Source: Polyangiaceae bacterium | GTDB taxonomy: Bacteria > Myxococcota_A > Polyangia > Polyangiales > Polyangiaceae | Assembly: GCA_965222375.1 (NCBI GenBank) | Contig: CBDCTZ010000015.1 | Location: forward strand, 1-64,000 | DNA length: 64,000 nt | Reading direction: 5' to 3' | Shown: piece by piece, positions 49,666 through 58,066 of the stretch | Layout of the letters: every line of letters starts with the position of its first letter | How positions within the stretch are numbered: the first letter of the stretch is position 1 | The notes under the pieces: model-generated | Told to the model about the DNA's origin: nothing | Seen by the model: only the letters and a program-made list of their open reading frames with translations | Database searches by the model: none | Position numbers and translations under genes: made by a program

Positions 49666-51098
49666 TCGCGCTTCCAGCGTACCACGCCCCGCTCATCCAC
49701 AACGTAAGGCGGTTTGCAGTTGGCGCCGGCTGCGGGCTTTTTGGGCTGAGACGGCTTCGCCGTGACTTTGGGACGGGGACTCCCGCTCGCCACCGGCGGT
49801 TTTGCCTGCGCTGCGGGCTGGGACGCAGAAGGAGCAGGACTGGACGCCGTCGCACTTGCGACCGGAGCTGTCGCAGAGCCCACTGTCCGCAACGCGCTGG
49901 TTGGCGGTTCAACCGAGGCCGACGTCGACACCGGCCCTGCGGCTACCGAGGGCTCGGGCCCAGCAGAGCAGGAGCGGCCACCGATCAAGATCCCAGCACC
50001 CAGCAAAGCGGCAGCGCCAATACCCAGAGCCATCCCGCGCAGCGCGCGGCGCGGACGGCGCGAACGGTTGCTGTCCGAAGTGAGTGCCGTACCCGTGCCC
50101 TCGGCGGCGGGCGCCACCCCCATCGGAATACTGGGCGTCCCCGTTTCGACGCTGGAAACCTCTGCCGCCCGCTCATTGAGCACCTCGCCCGCCAAGGAGC
50201 GCACCCACGCTCCGACAACCGTCGCACTCCCCGGCGTGCACGCTGCTTCCAGAGCGTGCGCCATCTCCTCGGCATTCTGCCAGCGCTGCTTGGGCTCCCG
50301 CGCCAATCCCTTCATGACTACGGCGTCCAATGCTCGGGGCACGTCGGGCACCACCCGCGACGGTGGGTCGACGATGCGAGTCAAGACGCGATTGACCGCC
50401 GCCGCATCATTGCTGGCGGCAAACAAGCGCCGCATCGTGAGCAACTCCCACAGCATGACCGACGCCGCGAAGAGATCCGTCCGGGCATCAACTTCATCCG
50501 TGAGGATCTGTTCCGGCGCCATGTACGCCGGCTTGCCCTTGAGCTGTCCTTCGCGGGTTGCCTGCAATCGCCCCACCGCCCGCGCCACCCCAAAGTCGAC
50601 GATCCGCGGAACTCCATCCTGACCGACGAGCAGGTTTTGCGGAGTGAAATCTCGATGCACGATGTGCAGGGGTTGCCCGGTTTCCGACTTCGCACAATGC
50701 GCCGCCCGCAATCCATGCAGCGCAGGCACCATGATGCCGCTGATCACATCGAAGCCCGGACGGGCCCCGTCATGCACAGCTGCACGCATCAGCCGCGACA
50801 GAGACTCTCCATGCACGTAGTCCATGACCAACAGCACGCCTCGTTCGTCGACCACCACGTCCACCACCGAGGCCACGTTGGGGTGACGGATGCGTGCCGT
50901 GAGCCGGGCTTCGTCCAACAGCATCGCGACGAATTCGGGTTCCTTCGCCAAGTGGGGATGCAGACGCTTGATGGCGACGGTGCGTGCGAAACCGGCCGGT
51001 CCAGCCACGCGCCCGTAGTGGACCGAGGCCATCCCACCCGACGCGATTTCGCCATACAGGGCGTATCGCCCAATTAGTTGGGGCTCGGACTCGGACAC
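49647..51098 (-). CDS. Hanks-type Ser/Thr protein kinase with TM helix
   Basis: 'IASGGMASV', 'VAIK', 'HRDFTPQN', 'DFG', 'YMAPEQ'; TM then Pro-rich tail ending 'C.PPY......KREC'. Start GTG 51098 is inferred. Confidence 0.93.
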   Translation of the reverse strand: MSESEPQLIGRYALYGEIASGGMASVHYGRVAGPAGFARTVAIKRLHPHLAKEPEFVAMLLDEARLTARIRHPNVASVVDVVVDERGVLLVMDYVHGESLSRLMRAAVHDGARPGFDVISGIMVPALHGLRAAHCAKSETGQPLHIVHRDFTPQNLLVGQDGVPRIVDFGVARAVGRLQATREGQLKGKPAYMAPEQILTDEVDARTDLFAASVMLWELLTMRRLFAASNDAAAVNRVLTRIVDPPSRVVPDVPRALDAVVMKGLAREPKQRWQNAEEMAHALEAACTPGSATVVGAWVRSLAGEVLNERAAEVSSVETGTPSIPMGVAPAAEGTGTALTSDSNRSRRPRRALRGMALGIGAAALLGAGILIGGRSCSAGPEPSVAAGPVSTSASVEPPTSALRTVGSATAPVASATASSPAPSASQPAAQAKPPVASGSPRPKVTAKPSQPKKPAAGANCKPPYVVDERGVVRWKRECLGSR

Positions 51099-51255
51099 CA
51101 GCCTGGGATCGTACCCCTCGCCAGCGCCACGACCCAACTCAATGCCATCATCCTTTCGTCAGGCAGCTAACTTTCCGTTTTTGTTGGGTTTGGATGCCCC
51201 CCAACTGGAATCGCTCTGCACGGTCGCGGCGTGCTCGCTACGCTGCGCCGCCGCC

Positions 51256-51364
51256 GGCCCCCCTTACGCGGCCGCTGCGCGCCCGCCCGGGGGGCCAACA
51301 CGCGCCCCGGTTGCCCGAGCGCAACAAGGCCGCGCCCGCTACGCGCCCGCCCCGGGGGGCCAAC
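51256..51364. repeat. GC-rich intergenic direct/inverted repeat (REP-like)
   Basis: CCGCT(G/A)CGCGCCCGCCC(C)GGGGGGCCAAC at 51272 and 51336. GGCCCCCC (51256) is complementary to GGGGGGCC (51289). Confidence 0.55.
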
Positions 51365-51387
51365 CCTCAATCACGGCAACCCGCTTC

Positions 51388-52149
51388 TCACTCAGTGCCG
51401 CGCCGCTGTCGCATTTCCGCCAACTGTCGCCGCGCAGTTTGCGCGACACCCGTTTCAGCCACCCGGCGACGCCAGCCCAACTCGCTGTGCACCTTCAGGC
51501 CTTCGACCAGCGCGGCCTCGGCCTGCGCGGTGCGTCCGTAGCGACGCTCGAGTCGCGCCAGTAGCATGTAGTGAGTCAAACGTGGCGCACGTCGGACGAG
51601 CGTGGACAGCAATTCGAGGGCAACGTCCTGCTTTCCCTGCCGATAGAACGTCTCTGCGAGCTCTGGCCAGGCCGCGAAGTCTCGATACATCGGGGCATCG
51701 TCCACGACTTGGGTCAGCGAGTCGCTTGCAGCGTCCAGATCGTCCAGCTCCAGCGCACACACGCCGCGCCCGTAGAGAGCATCGTTATCGTGAGCGCGCT
51801 CGGCCAGTACGCCCTCGAATCCAGCTCGCGCCTCGCGATACTCTCCGGCGTCCGTCAATCCCTGCGCCAAAGCCAAGCGGTGAGCAATGCTCGGCGTCTC
51901 CTGGGCACGTCGTCGCAACGCGGCTACCGAGGGTGGCCGCTTCATGGACGCCGTCAGCCTCTGGCGCAATCCCGAGAGATCCGGCGCCCGGGAGCGAACG
52001 AAGATGAAGTACGCCAATGCGCCCCCAGGCACGATCGCGATGATCCAAAGCCAGTAGGTCTCGGCACGACGGCGGTAGGCGTCCGCCAACATCCAAGCGT
52101 TGAAGGCGACGACTGCTATCCCCAACAGGCGGAGCATCTTGTGCGGCAT
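51388..52149 (-). CDS. Tetratricopeptide repeat protein with N-terminal membrane anchor
   Basis: 'WML.DA.RR...YWLWII...PGG..AYF' followed by TPR helices. Confidence 0.85.
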   Translation of the reverse strand: MPHKMLRLLGIAVVAFNAWMLADAYRRRAETYWLWIIAIVPGGALAYFIFVRSRAPDLSGLRQRLTASMKRPPSVAALRRRAQETPSIAHRLALAQGLTDAGEYREARAGFEGVLAERAHDNDALYGRGVCALELDDLDAASDSLTQVVDDAPMYRDFAAWPELAETFYRQGKQDVALELLSTLVRRAPRLTHYMLLARLERRYGRTAQAEAALVEGLKVHSELGWRRRVAETGVAQTARRQLAEMRQRRGTE

Positions 52150-52276
52150 ACGCCAAGGCCAGAAACTGCGCTAGCCACGAAGCGCCGACGCGGCCGCCGG
52201 GAACCGTGAGTTCCCACCTGGAGACAGGACTTCCCGCTTCGCCCCGCCTTCGCCACACAATCGACCCCAGAAAGTG

Positions 52277-52292
52277 TGGCACCTGTATTGCG
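52277..52292 (+). promoter_or_regulatory. Sigma-54 -24/-12 promoter
   Basis: TGGCACCTGTATTGCG. Confidence 0.65.
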
Positions 52293-52304
52293 GTTTGCGC
52301 CACC

Positions 52305-53843
52305 ATGCGGTTCATCTTGTCCAGCCCAGCCCCCATCCTCTCGTCGCTCCTCGCGTGCACGGCCATGCTCTGCGTTTCCTGTAGCGACTCTGGCGGAGAT
52401 GACCCGGGCGCCGGAGCGGCCGGCTCGTCGGCAGGTGGCAGCGCTGGAGCTTCCGCTGCTGGCGGCAGTGGTGGTGGTGCCGCTGGTGGCGGTGGGTTGG
52501 CGGGCTCTGGCGCGACGGGAGGCAGCAGCGGCGGAAGTGGTGGCGGCGGCACGGGCGGCACCGGTGCCTACCCCGCCTGGCCAACCTTCGGCGGAGTATC
52601 GCCAGGCACGAAACCGGTGTGCGCAACTTTGCCGGCTCCGGGCTATCTGTCCTGGGTTCTCGACCCACGCACGACGCCTCCGCACATCACCGACGGGCGG
52701 ATCCCAACCGAAGTAGCTCGTGTGACAGACGCTGCGGCGTTTGGACTGCCCAGCAGCGCGACGTTCCGCGTGCAGTACTCCAAGGTCAGCCCCTGGAACG
52801 CCGATGGTTCCCTCGCGGTCGTTTTCTACCAGGCTGGCGGGCCGCTGCGAGCGGCGCTGCTCGATGGGAAGACTTTCAAGTTCCTGCGCCTGGTCGACGA
52901 TCTTTGGCCCACCGGGCGTTGGTCCCTCACCCGGCCGAACGTCTGGATTCAGCCCGACGGCCACCAAGCCCCAAGGTTCGATGAAGTCGACGTGCAGACG
53001 GGGCAGACCAAGGTGTTCAAGGACTTCACGCCCGACGGATTTGTGGATCGCGCGGACGGAAACTTGTTCGGCGCCGAAGGCAACCAATCCAACGACGATC
53101 GAATTTGGGCATTCAATCTCAAGCGCACCGACGGCACATGGGAGTTGGTAATCTGGGATTCCGTGCAAGACAAGATCCTCGGTCGCATCGAGACACCCGG
53201 GGAGCAGGGGTCGGGAAAGGTGATCGACTGGTGGACGGTGTCCCAAAGCGGGAAGTTCGTGGTGACGGGCAACCAAGGCGCCTGGTCCTCCGGGGGAACG
53301 TCGGTTCCAGAGGGCAACAACGTCTGGTCACTCGACGGAAAACTGCTTCGGACGAGCGCCGGCAGCCTTGGTCATCAGGACGTTTGCCTGGACGCCGCAG
53401 GCAACGACGTCCTCGGCTTCATCGGCAGCAAACACAAGAGCAACGACAAGATCGCCCAAACCTGGCGTTTGGATGGTTCCGGCAGCGGCCAAACGCAGGA
53501 CCAGATGCAGGACGGCTACATTGGGTGGACGTACCACATCAACTGCCGAAACACGTCCCGCCCTGGCTACATGGTTGTCGCATCCAGCCTGGCAACGCCA
53601 GTGTCGAACTACAACGGCTTTCCATTGTGGAACCACATCTTCGCACTCAAGTTCGACGGTTCAGGCCAGCCGGGGATTGTCGCAAACGCGCATCATTCAA
53701 AGGGCGGAGAAACGGTGAACGCATACAATCGCGCTCCCTTTGGCCCCTCCAACCGCGACCTGACCGCGGTGATGTTCCAAGCAGAGTGGGACGGCGCCAC
53801 GGGCGGCCCAGTGCATCTCTACGTCGCACGTCCACGACCCTAG
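52305..53843 (+). CDS. Hypothetical lipoprotein, probable beta-propeller
   Basis: 'CVSC' signal, Gly linker, 'YSKVSPWNADGS', 'SQSGKFV', 'SNRD'. Confidence 0.75.
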   Translation: MRFILSSPAPILSSLLACTAMLCVSCSDSGGDDPGAGAAGSSAGGSAGASAAGGSGGGAAGGGGLAGSGATGGSSGGSGGGGTGGTGAYPAWPTFGGVSPGTKPVCATLPAPGYLSWVLDPRTTPPHITDGRIPTEVARVTDAAAFGLPSSATFRVQYSKVSPWNADGSLAVVFYQAGGPLRAALLDGKTFKFLRLVDDLWPTGRWSLTRPNVWIQPDGHQAPRFDEVDVQTGQTKVFKDFTPDGFVDRADGNLFGAEGNQSNDDRIWAFNLKRTDGTWELVIWDSVQDKILGRIETPGEQGSGKVIDWWTVSQSGKFVVTGNQGAWSSGGTSVPEGNNVWSLDGKLLRTSAGSLGHQDVCLDAAGNDVLGFIGSKHKSNDKIAQTWRLDGSGSGQTQDQMQDGYIGWTYHINCRNTSRPGYMVVASSLATPVSNYNGFPLWNHIFALKFDGSGQPGIVANAHHSKGGETVNAYNRAPFGPSNRDLTAVMFQAEWDGATGGPVHLYVARPRP

Positions 53844-53965
53844 GGACCGGGCCGCGACCCGTCAGGTCCCATGCCAAGAGCGTCGTCGGGAACTGTCAGT
53901 TCCCAAGAGGAGGCGATGGTTCCCGTCAGGGCACACATGGCCCTACAAAGTCGACGAAAACCCGA

Positions 53966-53981
53966 TGGCACCGGGATTGCA
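53966..53981 (+). promoter_or_regulatory. Sigma-54 -24/-12 promoter
   Basis: TGGCACCGGGATTGCA. Confidence 0.65.
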
Positions 53982-53993
53982 CTGACAGCGGAC

Positions 53994-55046
53994 ATGACTG
54001 CGCCATGTCTATCGAATCGAACCAGAGCTGCACGCTCAGACGAGTCCGGCCTCCACCGGCGACCCTCGTCGCCGCCCGTCAACGCGACCCCCTGCATCCA
54101 GAAAGGCGATGACGACGTCGAAGCTGCCGAGTGTCCGATGATTTTCGTCGATCAGACCTTCGGCCTAGCGAGTGCACAGCTTCGCGTGCGCGCGGGCGTC
54201 AGCCGGGGATCGGGTCTGTACTACGCGCATTTGCGCGGCATCCGCTGGGACGGCAGCCTCATGCCTCGTGGCCGGCACCCGCGACAAGATTGGTCTGTGA
54301 TCTTGTTCGTCGCTCGAGGTCAGATCAGCGCCGCGCCCAAGGGACCAGATTTCGAGACGGACTCTGTCGTGTTGGTGAGGCACGGACACATCTTTCCGAC
54401 GGAAGCGGACCCGAACCGCCTGCGGGCGAAAGCATGGGACACCGAAGGGATCGCGTTACGCGTTCCGACCAAGCATGTGTTACGAGCCAGCGCCGAGCCG
54501 TGCCGCGTCGAGATCAGCGAGACGCTCACAGCGGCTTTGCGCGCCTCGACAGCCAGGTTGCGTGATGAGACGTGCACGGAACAAACCGTGCGACGCCAGC
54601 TGTCACACCTCCTCAGATTGTGCGTAACCGAGGGACTCGTGAGCCCGGCCGCGTACGCCGAGTACGTCGCAGATGAAGAGGGGACCCCCAAGCGCGCCCA
54701 AGAGGCGTTGTTCCCAACCGTGGAAAACCTATCCGAGCAACCCATGCTCGTGGACGTCACCGAGCGTGTAGACGTCACCGACCGTCAAGCGCGCAGAGAC
54801 GTCATCAAGATGCAGCAAGACTTCGACCTATTCGATCGAGGGTTTCGTGAAACCGTCCACCGCTGGCGGCTCACTGCGGCCGTCTTGCTGCTCTCCGCCA
54901 GGGACATCTCGGCGACCGAGGTCGCTTCGGCTGTCGGCTACGGCAGCCTGACGCCCATGGGGCGCGCCTTCAAGAAAGCGAAGCTGCCCACCCCGACTCG
55001 GGTGCGACGTCAGTTACAGGCTGCACCCAACTCGGACCAATGTTAA
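53994..55046 (+). CDS. AraC family transcriptional regulator
   Basis: C-terminal 'RWRL..A.LLL', 'EVASAVGYGS...MGRAFK...PTP'. Start uncertain (53994 or 54138). Confidence 0.8.
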   Translation: MTAPCLSNRTRAARSDESGLHRRPSSPPVNATPCIQKGDDDVEAAECPMIFVDQTFGLASAQLRVRAGVSRGSGLYYAHLRGIRWDGSLMPRGRHPRQDWSVILFVARGQISAAPKGPDFETDSVVLVRHGHIFPTEADPNRLRAKAWDTEGIALRVPTKHVLRASAEPCRVEISETLTAALRASTARLRDETCTEQTVRRQLSHLLRLCVTEGLVSPAAYAEYVADEEGTPKRAQEALFPTVENLSEQPMLVDVTERVDVTDRQARRDVIKMQQDFDLFDRGFRETVHRWRLTAAVLLLSARDISATEVASAVGYGSLTPMGRAFKKAKLPTPTRVRRQLQAAPNSDQC

Positions 55047-55060
55047 CAGTGGTAACATTG
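55038..55060. terminator. Inverted repeat between convergent genes (possible terminator)
   Basis: CAATGTTA-N7-TAACATTG. The stem is AT-rich and there is no U-tract. Confidence 0.3.
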
Positions 55061-55064
55061 ACCC

Positions 55065-56684
55065 TTACTGCTTGAGTAGAGCCACTGCGGCTTCCAGTAG
55101 CGTGTCGACGCCCTGAGCAAGGTCCTTCGGCTCATACTCCACCGCCAGATCCGGCGCGACGGCGGTGCCTTCCAACGAGGTGTCGGTGGCTGCGTCTTTG
55201 CAGTTGTTCGCATCCGCATTCGCAAGCATCTCGGGCACGCCGCCCAGGCTCGGCGTGGAACCTGCGCCGCCGTAGGCACCGGCACTCGCCGAACCAACGA
55301 GCGGTGTCGCCGTCGCTTTGCTCACGGCTAGAGGAAAGTAATCGGCGGCACTGTAGGCAAGTCCGTCGACGACCACAGCGACTTTGCCGGTGTAGGCAAA
55401 GGGTCCACCGGGGGTCACCGCGTAGATGGCGTACTTCTGCGCGCCGAAACTCGGTGGGTTGGTTCCCGCGATGCGATTGACGCAATACGAAACATCCGTC
55501 GCCTTGGCCGTGGGCATGCCGCCGGCGATTGCGAGTCCCGCGGGCGTGATCCCACCCGTATTGCCACGGATATCCCACACCAACATAGGCGCCGCTTTGA
55601 CCTTGTCGAACTCGGCCGCCAGCTCGGCAATGAAGTCATCGATGAACTTCTGCGTAGCGGCGGGATTCGTTGGCGGCACCTTGCCCAGAGGAAAGAAGCG
55701 TGGAAGCCGGATGACCGCGACTCCGTCCGGGCGAGTCTCAGCGCGGATGTTGAACTGGACGTCCTTGCCCAGAGCGTCCGCACAGCGCGTCGGCTGCGGG
55801 TCAAACTGCTCCGGCACCTCCAGGGAATAGGGAGCTGCGCCGCTCACTGGAGTCACGCTGAGAGTCACGCCGGCAGGCACGCTGCCGAAGTAGGACGCAG
55901 CTGCAGAAGAGCGCTTTCCCGACGTGGCCGGGAACACCGCCCCGCAGGTGGGCCGGCTCTGCACTTTGTCGTAGAGAGCATCCCCACTGACACCATCTTC
56001 GGCGGTGATCAAGTCCCCCGCCACTAGGCCGAGGGCATTGCCCTTTCGAGCGAAGGTCACCACGAGGTCATCGCCATGGGGGCGGCCGCAGACTCCGAAG
56101 CGGGAGCTGTTCTGCCAGTAGAGCTCGGCCGCCTGACACTTGGCAGGGCTCGCCGCGCTCAAAGACTGGTGCCCCTGGGGCCAGGACAGTTGCACGAAGC
56201 GTAGGCTCTTGAAAAACACGGAGTCGGATCCGTCGCCTTTGAGCACGCGTCGCGTGGCGTCCGTACGCACCGTGGCAGCGTCGACAACCATCGGCCAGGC
56301 CGAGTGATCGCTGAGCAGCGTCACGTACTTGTCTACCGCACCCGCTTGCTGCTGCTGTTGCGCGGTGGGGTCTTGGCAGCGGTCGTCCCGACAGTTCTGA
56401 TCCCCGGGGCACTCAACTGCTTCGCTCCATTTGGACTGCCCCACCCCCGGATTACAGGTCTGCACCCCGCCGTCGGCACAGCGAGTAGCTGCTGGCGTCA
56501 TGCAGGCATCAGGATCTCCACCTGCACTGCCACCCGCTCCTGCACCACCCGCCATGCCGGCAGCCCCCGACGCACCTCCAGCACCGCCGCCCCCACTGCT
56601 GTCGTCGCCGCCGCACGCTGTCAACGCGAAGACGCTAGCGAAGATGCTAGCTCCCGTGGCCAATCGCAGTTGGAACCGCCTCAT
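55065..56684 (-). CDS. S41 family peptidase lipoprotein with PDZ-like insert
   Basis: 'LTAC' lipobox; 'WDIRGNTGG', 'YSAADYF', 'LVG..SAG', 'LEG..V.PD'; SD GAGGGAG. Confidence 0.88.
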   Translation of the reverse strand: MRRFQLRLATGASIFASVFALTACGGDDSSGGGGAGGASGAAGMAGGAGAGGSAGGDPDACMTPAATRCADGGVQTCNPGVGQSKWSEAVECPGDQNCRDDRCQDPTAQQQQQAGAVDKYVTLLSDHSAWPMVVDAATVRTDATRRVLKGDGSDSVFFKSLRFVQLSWPQGHQSLSAASPAKCQAAELYWQNSSRFGVCGRPHGDDLVVTFARKGNALGLVAGDLITAEDGVSGDALYDKVQSRPTCGAVFPATSGKRSSAAASYFGSVPAGVTLSVTPVSGAAPYSLEVPEQFDPQPTRCADALGKDVQFNIRAETRPDGVAVIRLPRFFPLGKVPPTNPAATQKFIDDFIAELAAEFDKVKAAPMLVWDIRGNTGGITPAGLAIAGGMPTAKATDVSYCVNRIAGTNPPSFGAQKYAIYAVTPGGPFAYTGKVAVVVDGLAYSAADYFPLAVSKATATPLVGSASAGAYGGAGSTPSLGGVPEMLANADANNCKDAATDTSLEGTAVAPDLAVEYEPKDLAQGVDTLLEAAVALLKQ

Positions 56685-56964
56685 GGATTCGTCTCCCTCA
56701 AAGCTCGTGCGCTGTTCTAGCAGCCTCGGCGCTGCGCGCATCTGTGCGCCACCTAGCGCAGATTATCCCTCGCAACGAACACTCCCTGCGGCGAAAAGAG
56801 CGACAGCGCCAGTGCGCGAGGCTCTGTCCCGTTGAGTGTCCTGGCTCACCGGTAGAGCAGCACGATGGCGAACTTGAGCGTGTCCGATTCTATCGAGTGA
56901 ACAGCGCCAACGCCCTTGCTAGACGTCAGTGCAGTACCCCTGACACCCCAATCTGGAGTCGCCG

Positions 56965-57393
56965 ATGATTGACATGCTTCACGTTCTGGTCGCACCCAAG
57001 GAGGTCATCGACGAGTGCGTGCGAGAAGAAGAAGCCCAGGTGAAGCCATTTTGCCCCTTTGCGAGCGGGGCGAACACCGACGCGGCCAAGCGGTTGTGGT
57101 TTGCGAATGAACTCTTCCTGCACCACCCAAGTGTGGCCGGCTCTTGCGCTGACCGGGACGTCGAAGCGGCGTTCTGGGGACTGGTTTCCAACCACGACCA
57201 CAGCCAAGTCGTGCGCAAGACAACGAGCGAAGTCTTCGGTCACGCCCAGGTGATTCGAGCTCGTGGCGTGGACGCCTGGAGAGCGTGGCTCAAGCGGGCT
57301 TCTCTAGACGAGTGGGCCGAGCGCTCTCTCGACGACGTGGACGAGTCCGAGTCGCTCTGGGTATGCGTGTGCGGCGATCCAGACGAAGTCTAG
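56965..57393 (+). CDS. Hypothetical protein
   Basis: SD GGAG before the ATG; protein-like composition. Confidence 0.55.
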   Translation: MIDMLHVLVAPKEVIDECVREEEAQVKPFCPFASGANTDAAKRLWFANELFLHHPSVAGSCADRDVEAAFWGLVSNHDHSQVVRKTTSEVFGHAQVIRARGVDAWRAWLKRASLDEWAERSLDDVDESESLWVCVCGDPDEV

Positions 57394-57406
57394 GACTCAG
57401 TCTGCG

Positions 57407-57797
57407 CTAGCGCAAGGCACTGTCCAAGAGGTCGCGAACGAAGGGGACGGTTTCTTTGTCTCGCGCCCGCTCGAGGGCGTCGAGGTTCGAAGCCGACCGG
57501 ACGGCTCGGATGCTTCGTATAGCATCGGCACGCACGTGCGCATCGGAGTCCCGCAAAGTTTCATGCAACACCGCGTCCCGTCGTGCTGTGGGTTGATGTT
57601 GGCCCAACGCTCGGACCGCGGTGCGCCGAAGAGACGCCAGCATGCCGCCCTTCGCTTGGTCGATCAGAACACGCTGCGCTTCCGATGTGTCGTACGCTCC
57701 CCAGCCCCGTCGCGCGAAGTCGCCTCAACATGATCTCAGATGCGTCTTCGGCAATGCGCATCAGGGCGACAACCGGACGGGAACAGGCAGCACCCAC
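57407..57797 (-). pseudogene. Frameshifted HEAT-repeat protein remnant
   Basis: 'ALMRIAED...RRLRATGL' in one frame continues as 'GAYDTSEAQRVL...RRTAVRALG...LRDSDAHVRADA' in another, switching near 57700. Confidence 0.5.
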
Positions 57798-57940
57798 CTC
57801 GCCTTCTGCTGACTTGAATCGCGCCCAGCCTGTAATCGTCGCCGCTGTTTGCTGCCTTTGACAACCCGAATCCCAGCTTGCCTACAACCTCCACATCCGC
57901 CCTTTCACAGTTCGAATGTCGTCCGCACTGCAACCATCAC

Positions 57941-58045
57941 CTTCGGACCGGGATGCTTCGGACCGGGATGCTTCGGACCGGGATGCTTCGGACCGGGATG
58001 CTTCGGACCGGGATGCTTCGGACCGGGATGCTTCGGACCGGGATG
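57941..58045 (+). repeat. Perfect 15-bp tandem repeat x7 (CTTCGGACCGGGATG)
   Basis: Counted directly. There are no spacers. Confidence 0.97.
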
Positions 58046-58066
58046 CCAAATGGTAGGCTCGACCGA

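Noticed and set aside
54005..54141. Chain of two ATGA-coupled mini-ORFs (35 aa at 54005-54112, 10 aa at 54109-54141) leading into the AraC ATG 54138
   Set aside because: The overlaps are real, but CGATGA is common in GC-rich DNA. The AraC frame is open from ATG 53994, which fits the sigma-54 spacing, and there is no independent support for leader peptides.
57941..58045. CRISPR array
   Set aside because: The units are contiguous identical 15-mers with no spacers, and there are no cas genes in the window.
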